Positions 19,711 to 29,726 of a stretch of DNA of 64,000 bases are shown here, in pieces. Position 1 is the first letter of the stretch; every line of letters starts with the position of its first letter. Source of the stretch: a virus; IMG/VR virus record IMGVR_UViG_3300005095_000015, positions 31,676-95,675 of that record. One strand, 5' to 3'. The position numbers and the translations under genes are program-made. Below the pieces are notes generated by a model, which ran no database searches, was not told the origin of the DNA, and saw only the letters and a list, made by a program, of their open reading frames with translations.

Positions 19711-21840
19711 ATGAGCACTTTAAAGGATAATCAGCTTTTAGTCCAAGATGTTATAACTAAAGGTATTGTGAGAGACATCAGAGCATACAATGGGTCTTTA
19801 ACCGATGCTATAGCTGATATAGGTAGTGATGAGGTAACTCTACTCATCTCTGAGCCTATTACGGTCAATCAGGATTTGACTGTACCTGAGAATATATGTT
19901 TGAAAGTATTGAAAGGCTGTCCCATTACAGTTGGGGTTAAAGCTCAGGCAAACGAAGTTATAGGTACAGGAAGCACAGCAGGTACTACATCCTTCAGTAC
20001 CACCTTAAGTGATCCGCCTGTTGTTTGGAAATCGGTAACAGTGTCTTGGATAAGTGGAGGTGTAAGCTATACAGCAACTGATGATGGTAAAGGAAATATC
20101 AGCTCTCCCTATGTAAGTGGAACTATTGACTATGATTCAGGAGCAATCTCTCTCACTTTTAGCACTGTTGCAGTTCCTGATGCAGGAACTAATATAATGT
20201 GTACTTATACTCCTGCTCATGTACTGACTATCAATGGAGCAATAGAAGCTGGACTGTGGCAGATATTCGACGGTCAAGGCAAAGTTACCGGCAATCCAAA
20301 GATCGAAGCCGTTTATCCAGAGTGGTTTGGAGCTAAGGGGGATGGGATGACGGATGATGCTCCTGCAATACAGAAAGCTATAGATTTTTGTGCGCAAAAT
20401 CAAAAGGCTAAAGGCAGTTGTATTAAGCTTTCACGAAACCATTATAGGATAACTTCAAATATTTGTGTAAAAACCGATAATGTAACGATTGAAGGAGAAG
20501 GAGGCGGAAACTGGCAGAGCTCGGATATCAACAATTTTGACTCTGCCGAGACTGTTATTGAGTACACTGGTGCAGATTACGCTTTTGTATGCGGAGACAA
20601 CAGTGGAAGGACTTTCAGTGGTATATGTTTTAGAGGTTTTAAGCTACTTTTGACGGGTGGGGGAGGTGGGATAAACTATGTTCGGTTATGTCATGGTAAT
20701 TGCAATGTCGAAAATGTAGCTTTTTATGGAAATGACGCTACTCCTTATTCGGGAGTTGGTATACGATATGGTGATATGTGTCAAAGTAATAGGGTTATAA
20801 ACTGTTCTTTTTGGTATCTTGACTATGGCGTATACCTTTATGGGTTGAATGACAATTTGGTCTTCATTGGTAATAAATTTATAAGGACAGGGACAGCTGG
20901 AATAAAACTTGGTGATTCAGCTTCTACTTATACTGCTGGCAACAGTTTTCTTATTATAGGGAATCATTTTGGTAAGAATGGTAAAGCGGGAGTTTGGGTG
21001 TTCAAGAGCCCAAAGCCTGTTGCTATCATAGGAAACTACTTTGAGAACTCAACAGACCTTGATGAAAGAGCGATAATAGTAGGGGATACTGGATACACAG
21101 CCTACTCTGTTGAGATAAGAGGGAATGTTATATCGGGCTCTGGAATTTCAAATTATGGAATAGAATTGATAAATGTTGATGGTTGTGTGATCGAAAGCAA
21201 CGCTCACATGGCGTATCTTGCGAAGTTTATACTTGTGTCTGGAGGGTCTGATGTAAGAAATGTTGTAGTAAGAAATAATTCTCGATTTTCTGGGAGTTAT
21301 GGAGATTTGTCTGCCTATGATGGAGTTGTTGAATGGAAACCGAGCTCTACGAGTAATACTATCTATCTGAATACTCTAGGAGCAATTGTTTTAGCTGCAA
21401 GAGTGACGGGGAATAGCAACAACAACTTTGCTGTTACTGCTGATGGTAAGTTAGAATGGGGGGATGGTATTAATCCTTTAGATATCGTTCTCTATAGGGC
21501 TGCTACAAAAAGACTGAACTTAATTGGGCACTTGCGAACGGAAGGGGGGGCTTTTTCTTCTGTGATTCAAACTTTTGTTGACGGAGATACTACCCCAAGT
21601 GTGGCCAATTCTAATGTATTTAGGACAGCAAATACTTCAGCGACTTCAATTATACAGTTCGATGACGGTATAGATGGTCAAGAAATAACAGTTATTTTTG
21701 GCGATTCTAACACCACTATCGTTCACAACAGTACAGCTGCTACTTATCCTATCTTGCTTAAAGGAGGCGTAAGTATTACACCTTCTACTAATACAGCTAT
21801 AAAGTTTGTTTTCAGTGGAAACCGTTGGATAGAAGTGTAA
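19711..21840 (+). CDS. Tailspike 1, right-handed beta-helix (pectate-lyase-like)
   Basis: YPEWFGAKGDGMTDDAPAIQKAI; repeated I.GN.F strands; C-terminal domain shared with tailspike 3. Confidence 0.8.
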   Translation: MSTLKDNQLLVQDVITKGIVRDIRAYNGSLTDAIADIGSDEVTLLISEPITVNQDLTVPENICLKVLKGCPITVGVKAQANEVIGTGSTAGTTSFSTTLSDPPVVWKSVTVSWISGGVSYTATDDGKGNISSPYVSGTIDYDSGAISLTFSTVAVPDAGTNIMCTYTPAHVLTINGAIEAGLWQIFDGQGKVTGNPKIEAVYPEWFGAKGDGMTDDAPAIQKAIDFCAQNQKAKGSCIKLSRNHYRITSNICVKTDNVTIEGEGGGNWQSSDINNFDSAETVIEYTGADYAFVCGDNSGRTFSGICFRGFKLLLTGGGGGINYVRLCHGNCNVENVAFYGNDATPYSGVGIRYGDMCQSNRVINCSFWYLDYGVYLYGLNDNLVFIGNKFIRTGTAGIKLGDSASTYTAGNSFLIIGNHFGKNGKAGVWVFKSPKPVAIIGNYFENSTDLDERAIIVGDTGYTAYSVEIRGNVISGSGISNYGIELINVDGCVIESNAHMAYLAKFILVSGGSDVRNVVVRNNSRFSGSYGDLSAYDGVVEWKPSSTSNTIYLNTLGAIVLAARVTGNSNNNFAVTADGKLEWGDGINPLDIVLYRAATKRLNLIGHLRTEGGAFSSVIQTFVDGDTTPSVANSNVFRTANTSATSIIQFDDGIDGQEITVIFGDSNTTIVHNSTAATYPILLKGGVSITPSTNTAIKFVFSGNRWIEV
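20314..20367 (+). repeat. 54-bp perfect direct repeat, copy 1
   Basis: Identical to 28041-28094. Confidence 0.95.
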
Positions 21841-21858
21841 AGGAGGTAACTAACCATG
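21841..21858 (+). repeat. 18-bp direct repeat (RBS + ATG), copy 1
   Basis: AGGAGGTAACTAACCATG identical to 23744-23761. Confidence 0.85.
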
Positions 21859-23745
21859 TCAGTAAAAATAACCTCTGACTACATCAGCACTCCAAACATC
21901 ATCGATATCCGCCAGTACAGCACCTTATCCGAAGCTCTAACCCTCATAGGTTCCAACGAAGTTACCCTGCTTATTGCTGAGCCTTTTACAGTAGAGGAGA
22001 ATGCAACAGTTCCTGAAAATATTTGTCTGAAGTTTACCAAGGGTGGAAAGCTTGTAATCAGTGCTGGATATACAGTTACAATAAATGGCGGGATTGAAGC
22101 TGGATTGTGGCAAATATTTGATGGAGATGGAAAGGTAACAGGTTCACCTAAAATCGAAGCTGTTTATCCAGAATGGTTCGGTGCAGTTGGTAATGGAGTT
22201 ACGGATGATACATCCGCTTTTAACAAAGCAATTGATTTCGCTAAGACTTGTAATTTTGCTAAAGTTGAGTTAAGCGAAGCAGTTTATGTAGTGAGTAGTA
22301 CACTATCACCATTGAATAATTCCTTTAATTCAATATCAATCGTGGGTAGAGGAAGATCGACAACTATAGATGGATCTGCAATTGGAAGTGAAGTTCCAAT
22401 CTTTCAGCTAGTAGGAGGTTCCGGTGTCGTGACTTTGGGGTATATACAAGATCTTACAATCAAAGGAAGTGGAGCGGAAATAGGAATTGAAAATAAAGGA
22501 TGTTGTGGTTTCAAATTTTACAGAGTAACTTTCAAAGGTCTTAAATATGGTATAGTATTCAGCAACGATATCGCTGCTGGAACATTCACAGAATATTCAG
22601 TTGCAGAGGAGTGTTCTTTCGAGTCAGATGTAGAAACAGCTGTCTTTTATAAGAGAGGAGCTGGTGATCCTAGCTTTCATGGTAGTGGTCTTAGAAAGTG
22701 CACGATAAATAATGGAGACACAATAACAGCTCCTTCGATACGGATAGGGGATGCTATCGATACAGGTATTGTTTTGTATAACGCACCGTTGGACTTTCAA
22801 GTATGGACTCGCAATACTTATAATATTATTGAAGCAAACGCATCTTTGATAACTACTTACGGAACAATTACAATAGAAAGATTCAATGGTACACCAACTC
22901 TTTGTAGTGGAACAACAATACACCATGCAGGAGATGTATTGTTATGGGGTTCCACAGAAGGTGTGAAACTGGGGGATTTTGTCTTATGTGATCGACTTTG
23001 GACAAATTCAGACGGATCAATCAACGCATTTGAAAAAACTACAAATTACTATGCAGAAACAAATGCTAATGAAAGTGTAACTTTATGTAAAGTAGACGAA
23101 GAAGGTAGTTTAATTTTTGTTCATTTAATTTCCAACAATTACGACAAAAAGTATTTGATTTGTGCTCACAAAGATAACTATGGTGGGGTTGGTGATGCTG
23201 GTTTCTTTCACGAAACAGTAACAGCCTTTGGTAGTGGGAGTGCAGTGGCCAGTAGCACTGTTGATACAACAATACACGAATTTTTTCTATCTCAACCAGC
23301 AATCTTGCAGCGAATAGATGCTTACTTTCAATCTGCTTTTGCTCAGTATAATACGGCAGATTCAGCAGAGATTTTGATATTAAAAGGAACATCTGAAGTT
23401 GCATCACTCTCTTTGACACCAGGAAGCAAATATAATGCAAGTTGGGTGAATGTTGATCTTTCTACAGGAACTTACCAAATTGTTATTCGTGTAACATCTG
23501 CTGGAACAACTGCAGCAACACCTCCACAATCAGGGAACATAACTCTTCGTTTAGTTCATCCTTACATTACACTTAATTCGTTTGATGTTGCAGGCTTAGG
23601 AGATCCCACTTTTAGCATAGACAGCGCAGGAAATCTGATAGTATCAAACCCAAACTGGGCAACTACCGCTGTCAATGTTTCTATCCGTGTAGTAAAAATA
23701 GGTACTATGCGTACTCCTTATTTTAATAATTTTGTACAACAGTAG
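21856..23745 (+). CDS. Tailspike 2, beta-helix
   Basis: Same N-terminal domain as tailspikes 1 and 3; YPEWFGAVGNGVTDDT. Confidence 0.8.
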   Translation: MSVKITSDYISTPNIIDIRQYSTLSEALTLIGSNEVTLLIAEPFTVEENATVPENICLKFTKGGKLVISAGYTVTINGGIEAGLWQIFDGDGKVTGSPKIEAVYPEWFGAVGNGVTDDTSAFNKAIDFAKTCNFAKVELSEAVYVVSSTLSPLNNSFNSISIVGRGRSTTIDGSAIGSEVPIFQLVGGSGVVTLGYIQDLTIKGSGAEIGIENKGCCGFKFYRVTFKGLKYGIVFSNDIAAGTFTEYSVAEECSFESDVETAVFYKRGAGDPSFHGSGLRKCTINNGDTITAPSIRIGDAIDTGIVLYNAPLDFQVWTRNTYNIIEANASLITTYGTITIERFNGTPTLCSGTTIHHAGDVLLWGSTEGVKLGDFVLCDRLWTNSDGSINAFEKTTNYYAETNANESVTLCKVDEEGSLIFVHLISNNYDKKYLICAHKDNYGGVGDAGFFHETVTAFGSGSAVASSTVDTTIHEFFLSQPAILQRIDAYFQSAFAQYNTADSAEILILKGTSEVASLSLTPGSKYNASWVNVDLSTGTYQIVIRVTSAGTTAATPPQSGNITLRLVHPYITLNSFDVAGLGDPTFSIDSAGNLIVSNPNWATTAVNVSIRVVKIGTMRTPYFNNFVQQ

Positions 23746-23761
23746 GAGGTAACTAACCATG
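23744..23761 (+). repeat. 18-bp direct repeat, copy 2
   Basis: Identical to 21841-21858. Confidence 0.85.
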
Positions 23762-24343
23762 AAACCGCTTTGGTCTGATTGGCGTAAAGTTGGCTTTTCT
23801 TTGATGAGATGGGGAATTAACATTGCCAAGCCTTTACTTACAAACAACCAATTTTGGCTACTTGAAACAGTAACCTCCGATACTCAGCTTGAGCTTGCAA
23901 GGAAGCTTACCATCACTCAAGTTACCGCAAACGAACTTTCACAGCTCACCAAGCGGCAGCTAAATGTTGAGGCTTGGTGTTGGGATAGTAAGTATAACTG
24001 TATTAAACTAACCGATTTTCAGGCAATCATAGCTTCCGACTTTACCAACCGAATGAAATGGCTCGCTGAGACCTGGGATTGTGATAACTTCGCATCATTA
24101 TTCTCCTCACTTATGAGCCTTATCTACAACTTCAATGGAGCAGGCATAGCACTTGGAGCTGTTGTAAATAAGCAAACGAAACAGATAGAAGGTTACCATG
24201 CCTACAACTGCGTGATACTTGACACTAACAACACCAAGAAACTCTATCTCTACGAACCACAAGCCGACATACTTAAGCCAGCAGCAAAAGAAACAGACAT
24301 GGAATGGGGTGTTTATAGAACCGATTTAGTTATCTATCACTAA
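23759..24343 (+). CDS. Papain/transglutaminase-fold cysteine protease-like protein (agglutinin C-terminal type)
   Basis: DCDNFA...HAYN...YEPQ Cys-His-Glu pattern. Confidence 0.65.
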   Translation: MKPLWSDWRKVGFSLMRWGINIAKPLLTNNQFWLLETVTSDTQLELARKLTITQVTANELSQLTKRQLNVEAWCWDSKYNCIKLTDFQAIIASDFTNRMKWLAETWDCDNFASLFSSLMSLIYNFNGAGIALGAVVNKQTKQIEGYHAYNCVILDTNNTKKLYLYEPQADILKPAAKETDMEWGVYRTDLVIYH

Positions 24344-24353
24344 GGAACCAAAG

Positions 24354-25025
24354 ATGACAACCTTCATCATTCTAGGTTTACATAGAAGTGGCACCTCGCT
24401 GACAGCTTGCTTGTTGCATCATCTAGGTGTTCATCTAGGTGACACCCTCATCGGTGCTAATGAAGGTAACCCCAAGGGACATTATGAAAATATTGACATA
24501 ACTCTTACCCACGAAGAGTGGTTGAGAGAGCTTGGCGGTTCTTGGTGCGAGGTGCCCTCTGTTGCTAAGGTTTGTAATAGCCTGGAGCGATTTGTTCCAA
24601 AGGCAAAGGAATTGGTTGAAAAACATAAGAAGGATGGGTTATGGGGATGGAAAGATCCAAGGAACACTATCTTTTTACCTGTTTACTTAGAACTCTATCA
24701 GCAAGGACTTTTAGGGAATCTAAAGGTAATGGTCTGTACACGCAACTTTGTTTCTGCAGCAAGGTCAGTTTGTATAAGAGATAAATTTGATCAGCAAAAA
24801 GCATTCAAAGTTGTGTTTGCTTACCTCGAACACCTACAACATAACTTAAATCTGCTTTTCTTAGAAAAGATACCAGTGTTGTTTGTTGAATTTGAAAAGT
24901 ACTTCAATCCAAAGTTTGCCAGAAGTCAGGTAGAAGAGATTGTGAGGTTTGTGTTAGGAAGACGGGATGTACAGCTTACTGATAAACTACTAACCTTGAT
25001 TGATCCTACTCTCTGGAGGAGTTAA
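24354..25025 (+). CDS. Sulfotransferase-family protein
   Basis: GLHRSGTS 5'-PSB loop, NPKGHYE, WGWKDPR, RN..S. Confidence 0.85.
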   Translation: MTTFIILGLHRSGTSLTACLLHHLGVHLGDTLIGANEGNPKGHYENIDITLTHEEWLRELGGSWCEVPSVAKVCNSLERFVPKAKELVEKHKKDGLWGWKDPRNTIFLPVYLELYQQGLLGNLKVMVCTRNFVSAARSVCIRDKFDQQKAFKVVFAYLEHLQHNLNLLFLEKIPVLFVEFEKYFNPKFARSQVEEIVRFVLGRRDVQLTDKLLTLIDPTLWRS

Positions 25026-25741
25026 TGGATAAGGTAAGAGTGGTAATACCTACTGCTTTCAAGCATGAAAATGTTAGCTATGCAATACATTCCTTCATTG
25101 ACCATAATGCACCTTGGATTGATAGCTTAGAAGTAGTGAACAGGGGAACATTTGCTGAGAACTGCAATTACGGAGCTGAGAAGTGTAGAGCTCCTTGGTT
25201 GCTTTTTCTAAACGACGACACTTATACGAGAAACTCTATCCTGAAGTTGATGCTAGACACCGCTAAGCAGTTTGATGCTCAAGTTGTAGGTGCTTATTTA
25301 CAGTTCCCTGATGGTTCAATCCAACACTACGGAGTGTATTACACAGACGCTGGTTTACCTTTTCACTTGTTTTACAAACAGTACTTAGAAAGTGCTCTGC
25401 ATTTTGGTGTGAAGCCTAGATTGGAACCACACCTTGTTCCTTCTGTCACTGGAGCTTGCATCCTGATTAGAACTGAGCTTTTCTTTGACCTTGGTGGATT
25501 TGACACAGTATTTGTTAACGGATTTGAAGATGTAGATTTTAATCTAAAAGCCTTAAATGTTGGAGCAAAGATAGCTCTTTGCACAGAGACAAGTATTGTG
25601 CATTACGAGAAGGTTTCAAGGGGCGACCCGAATAAAAAGAACAAAATGGATAACAGATTCCATGAGAACTTAAAGCTATTGACAAATAGATGGGACAGAA
25701 ATAAGGTTCGTAGACTTGTCAAGGAGTATCAACCGTGGTAA
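25025..25741 (+). CDS. Glycosyltransferase family 2
   Basis: FAENCNYG, LLFLNDD, VTGACILI, GGFD..F.NGFEDVDF. Confidence 0.9.
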   Translation: MDKVRVVIPTAFKHENVSYAIHSFIDHNAPWIDSLEVVNRGTFAENCNYGAEKCRAPWLLFLNDDTYTRNSILKLMLDTAKQFDAQVVGAYLQFPDGSIQHYGVYYTDAGLPFHLFYKQYLESALHFGVKPRLEPHLVPSVTGACILIRTELFFDLGGFDTVFVNGFEDVDFNLKALNVGAKIALCTETSIVHYEKVSRGDPNKKNKMDNRFHENLKLLTNRWDRNKVRRLVKEYQPW

Positions 25742-26370
25742 GGATTCTTATCCATACTCCTGTAGTGAAACCAAATTGGCTGAATATTATTTCGACTTTA
25801 GAACTTAGGAAACCTGTAAGGTTTGCTTGGTACATCACGAAGGGGCAGGATAATCAAAATATCTATGATATAAGGGGGCAAGAGACAGATGGTAGGTGGA
25901 GAAAGTTTGTTGCTGACAAGATGAACAGAGCTAGAGAGTTGGTTCTTTCTGAAGGCTACGATTACATGCTCAACATTGAGCATGACCACATGTTTACACC
26001 AAATACTTTAGAGTTGCTCCTCAAACACGCAAAGCCTGACATCTATATCTCAGCTCTCTACAGACCAAGACCAAGCAGAAACCCAAGATCAGTGTACTGT
26101 TTACATATAAAAGCTCAAAGAGGTGGAAGGTTTCCTGATAAAGAGTTTGTTGACAGTAATGAATTAATCAAAGCGTTTACCGTGGTATTTGGCTTCACCT
26201 TATTTGGCAGAAAGGTTCTAGAGAGGTTAGATTTTGATGAGGGTTTAGACGGAACATTTGCTTGGAAAGCTGAAAGAGTAGGTATAAAAAGGTATGTCTT
26301 AACTACCGCAAGAATAGCTCACATAGACAGAGACGGGAAGGTGTATTGGGCATGGTTAGACGAATCTTAG
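25735..26370 (+). CDS. GT-A fold glycosyltransferase-like protein
   Basis: GYDYMLNIEHD (DxD-like), C-terminal HIDRDG; paralog of 26789. Confidence 0.7.
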   Translation: MVRILIHTPVVKPNWLNIISTLELRKPVRFAWYITKGQDNQNIYDIRGQETDGRWRKFVADKMNRARELVLSEGYDYMLNIEHDHMFTPNTLELLLKHAKPDIYISALYRPRPSRNPRSVYCLHIKAQRGGRFPDKEFVDSNELIKAFTVVFGFTLFGRKVLERLDFDEGLDGTFAWKAERVGIKRYVLTTARIAHIDRDGKVYWAWLDES

Positions 26371-26792
26371 TTTCAGCTAAGGTTACCTTTACCATTACTG
26401 CTTTCTTTCTCACAGTTTTGTCATTGGATGCAAATGGATTTTGGGTAGATTACTTGTTTGTAGAGGACAAGGAGGTGCAAACAGTTTACCGAACAGCTAA
26501 GAACTACGATTACTTGCTTTGGTTAAGAGAAGATTTGCTTCCTTCTGCGGATTGCTTACATAGGATGGTTGCTAAGGGACACCCTGTAGTGACTGGTATT
26601 TGGAGAGGATGTGAGCATAAAGATACAGAGGTTGAACTAGGCTGCTTGCTAATTCAAACAAACTTACTCTCTACTATAGATTTGAAAAGCAAATTTGTTA
26701 AGCTACCAGTTAATCCCTTCATTGCCAAAGATGTTGTTTGCGGTTTAATCTCAGACAACGGGTCAGTAGTTTACCCTAGAGGTGAGCTATGA
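26346..26792 (+). CDS. Degenerate GT-A-like protein
   Basis: YDYLLWLRED, VVTG, GCLLI echo the flanking glycosyltransferases but the protein is shorter. Confidence 0.5.
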   Translation: MGMVRRILVSAKVTFTITAFFLTVLSLDANGFWVDYLFVEDKEVQTVYRTAKNYDYLLWLREDLLPSADCLHRMVAKGHPVVTGIWRGCEHKDTEVELGCLLIQTNLLSTIDLKSKFVKLPVNPFIAKDVVCGLISDNGSVVYPRGEL

Positions 26793-27400
26793 CAAAGGTA
26801 CTTATCCATGTACCTATCTTCAATAATTGCCCGCAGTTTTGGGAAAGTTTTTGGAAGTTAGACATTGAAGGGCTTGAAGTTGACTACTTTTTCACTAAGA
26901 CAGATAAAGTCAAGACAAGGCTAGATGATAAAGGCAACTATGATGCAAGAGATGTAGGAGTAAACTTACCCTGGAAAATGGAGAAGGCCAGGAAAGCCGC
27001 ATTGGAAGGTGGTTATGATTATTTGTTTAATATAGAAGACGATCACATCATACCCAGTGACGCTTTAAAGAAGCTGCTTAGCTTCGGCAAAGATGTCATT
27101 TCAGGAGTTTACAGGTTGAGACCAAGCAAGTTTCCAGCCAAGCCTATTGCTGCTACGAAAACAGATAGAAAGTCTTGGGTTACAGTTGAGGATTTAGAAA
27201 AGACTCCTTTGCTAGAGTGTCATCTCGTGCCTTGGGGATGCTTATTACTCAGCAGGAGGGTACTTGAATCTGTTTCATTTGAAGGTGCTTTAGACGGGTT
27301 GTTCGTGGATAGGCTTGACAAAGCTGGATTCAAAAGATGGCTTGCAACTGAGGTAAGGTTGGGACATATAGATAGAGATGGAACTATTATTTGGGTTTAA
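26789..27400 (+). CDS. GT-A fold glycosyltransferase-like protein
   Basis: GYDYLFNIEDD, DVISGVY, GCLLLSR, GHIDRDG. Confidence 0.75.
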   Translation: MTKVLIHVPIFNNCPQFWESFWKLDIEGLEVDYFFTKTDKVKTRLDDKGNYDARDVGVNLPWKMEKARKAALEGGYDYLFNIEDDHIIPSDALKKLLSFGKDVISGVYRLRPSKFPAKPIAATKTDRKSWVTVEDLEKTPLLECHLVPWGCLLLSRRVLESVSFEGALDGLFVDRLDKAGFKRWLATEVRLGHIDRDGTIIWV

Positions 27401-27413
27401 GGAGGTGTAAAGT

Positions 27414-29501
27414 ATGGGAAGAGCTAAACTCACAGCAACTGGACTTAACTATGTAGATGACAATCAGATAGAGCATACTGTGGTGGACTTAACTAAGCAG
27501 AGCTTAATCTCTAAGTTTCCGCTTGTCGATATAAGGGCTTACGGAGCCAAAGGAGATGGAGTGTATGATGATGCTCAGGCTATAACAGCCGCTCTTAATG
27601 AGATAGGGGCAAACGAATCTACCTTGCTGATACCTATTCCTATCTATCTTATGTCAGATGTAACTATCCCTGAAAATGTATGCTTAAAGTTTACCAAGGG
27701 CGGAAAGTGCGTAGTTGAAACGGAAGATATAAAGAGTGAACAGATTGGAGTAGGAGATACTGCTGGAACAACAACTTTTTATTTGAGCAGAACACCTGTG
27801 CTCAAAGATTCTGAGAAGATTTATGTAGATGGTGTTTTGCAAACAAGAGATACAGATTACGCAATTGATTATGAGACAGGAGAGATTGTGTTTACTACTG
27901 CTCCCTCGGCTGGAGCTGTTATTACAGCTGATTACACACACAGATTCGTGTTGACAATAGATGGAGGGATACAAGCTGAACTCTTTCAGATCTTCTCTGG
28001 AAACGGAAAGATAACAGGTTCTCCAAAGATTGAGGCGGTGTATCCAGAGTGGTTTGGAGCTAAGGGGGATGGGATGACGGATGATGCTCCTGCATTTCAC
28101 AAGTTGATAGAATTTGCTGAGAATGCGGTGAGAAGAATAGCATTGCAGAGCAAAACTTACTTATTGGCCTCGTACCAAGTAAGCACTTACATTCTCTACA
28201 TTACATTCCCCGTTGTAATAGAAGGAAATGGTACAGTTATCAAGAAAGGACAGACTGGCTACTGTATAGTGATCGAAGGAACTGATGTCAGTCCTTTGGA
28301 TTTTGTAGAAATATCAAATCTCGAAATTGATGGAAACTCTTTAGGGCTACAATGCCTGACGATAAATTATGCTAAAAAAGTGATTTTAAAGAATGTTAAG
28401 GCTCACAATACAAGTTCTGACGATTGTATTTCTATTGCAAGAACAGAACAGGCTGATTTGACTAACATAGAAGCATACACAGCGGGGGCTTGGCCTTTGT
28501 TCTTCTATATGGTCGACGATGTCAGAATAAACGGATTCAGAGGATACAACTCTGCGAACAATGTAGATGTCATAGATGTTAAAGGAAGTTCCAATATTTT
28601 TATCAGAAATGTTGTAATAACAGGATCTGCAAGGTACGGTATTAGAATCCGCAACAATGGAGTCAAAGTTTTAAAAACCTTGCTCATAGAAAATGCCGAT
28701 ATAACAAGTGACTGGGATGGTATTTCGATAGAAGCTGATCAAACTGACGGAACAACATCCGATATCTACTGTGTCATGTTAAACAACATCGCAACGAAGC
28801 GTATAGAGGCTACGGGATATTCAACTACTCCAATTAAGTGCATCTATGTTAATAACCTGAAGGCAGAAGACTGGGGTGGAGACTATGCAACCGCCTTCAA
28901 CTACGCCGAGCTTGTTAAGATAGAAAATAGCTACTTCGACATAGGATTCTACGGAATTTGTAATGCGCAGAATTGTAAACTGGTTATTGTTGAAGGTAAT
29001 GTCATCAAGAATATAGGAGCAGGTAGTACGATAACAAGACCTGTTATTAGAATATACAACACGGAACATTTATATGTCAAAAACAATTTAGTAGAAGGTG
29101 GAACTTATACAGGATACTTAGTGGAAGATGACAGTACTTCAAAGATCGTACCGGTGTTTGAAAACAACAAGCTCTTTAATGTTCCTTCTTTGTTCAATGG
29201 TGACTTATATGTTTCCTTTCCTGATGGAGACACAGCTCCCTCAGTTGCAAATGGAAATTACTTCAAAACGGTCAATACCAACACAGCAGGGACAGCTATC
29301 ATTGAATTTAAAGACGGAATCCCCGGGCAGCGCATTACTGTAATCTTTACTGATGGGCTTACGACAGTAGTACATAATTCAGCTTCCGCTACACATCCTA
29401 TTATTCTCAAAGGCGGAATTAACGCAGCTCCTCCGGCTGATTCAACTATGGAATTTGTATTTGACGGTAGCAAATGGTACGAAGTAAGTAGGAGCTTTTA
29501 A
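27414..29501 (+). CDS. Tailspike 3, beta-helix
   Basis: Two GAKGDG..DDA motifs; beta-helix repeats; C-terminal domain shared with tailspike 1. Confidence 0.8.
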   Translation: MGRAKLTATGLNYVDDNQIEHTVVDLTKQSLISKFPLVDIRAYGAKGDGVYDDAQAITAALNEIGANESTLLIPIPIYLMSDVTIPENVCLKFTKGGKCVVETEDIKSEQIGVGDTAGTTTFYLSRTPVLKDSEKIYVDGVLQTRDTDYAIDYETGEIVFTTAPSAGAVITADYTHRFVLTIDGGIQAELFQIFSGNGKITGSPKIEAVYPEWFGAKGDGMTDDAPAFHKLIEFAENAVRRIALQSKTYLLASYQVSTYILYITFPVVIEGNGTVIKKGQTGYCIVIEGTDVSPLDFVEISNLEIDGNSLGLQCLTINYAKKVILKNVKAHNTSSDDCISIARTEQADLTNIEAYTAGAWPLFFYMVDDVRINGFRGYNSANNVDVIDVKGSSNIFIRNVVITGSARYGIRIRNNGVKVLKTLLIENADITSDWDGISIEADQTDGTTSDIYCVMLNNIATKRIEATGYSTTPIKCIYVNNLKAEDWGGDYATAFNYAELVKIENSYFDIGFYGICNAQNCKLVIVEGNVIKNIGAGSTITRPVIRIYNTEHLYVKNNLVEGGTYTGYLVEDDSTSKIVPVFENNKLFNVPSLFNGDLYVSFPDGDTAPSVANGNYFKTVNTNTAGTAIIEFKDGIPGQRITVIFTDGLTTVVHNSASATHPIILKGGINAAPPADSTMEFVFDGSKWYEVSRSF
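28041..28094 (+). repeat. 54-bp perfect direct repeat, copy 2
   Basis: Identical to 20314-20367. Confidence 0.95.
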
Positions 29502-29546
29502 GAAACAGAGAGTATAGTAAATTAACAACCACAAGGAGGTGTTACT

Positions 29547-29726
29547 ATGAAGTTTAACTTTACAGTTATTTTAGCAGTAGTGATGGCAATTGCAACTAAG
29601 CTCCAGCAGGCAACCGAAGATAATCAGATTACAGTGAACGAGCTTTTTGAAATTGCTCAGGGAGTTGTACAAGCACTTGGCATTGGGGATCATGTAGTTG
29701 TTAAGTTTGACAAGAAGGAGAACTAA
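29547..29726 (+). CDS. Small membrane-associated protein, 59 aa (not in the ORF track)
   Basis: AAGGAGGT RBS; MKFNFTVILAVVMAIATKLQ...KKEN. Confidence 0.7.
   Translation: MKFNFTVILAVVMAIATKLQQATEDNQITVNELFEIAQGVVQALGIGDHVVVKFDKKEN

Noticed and set aside
19711-29501. Diversity-generating retroelement or invertase shufflon acting on the tailspikes
   Set aside because: No reverse transcriptase or recombinase in the window; the repeats are direct and identical, with no adenine-specific mismatches
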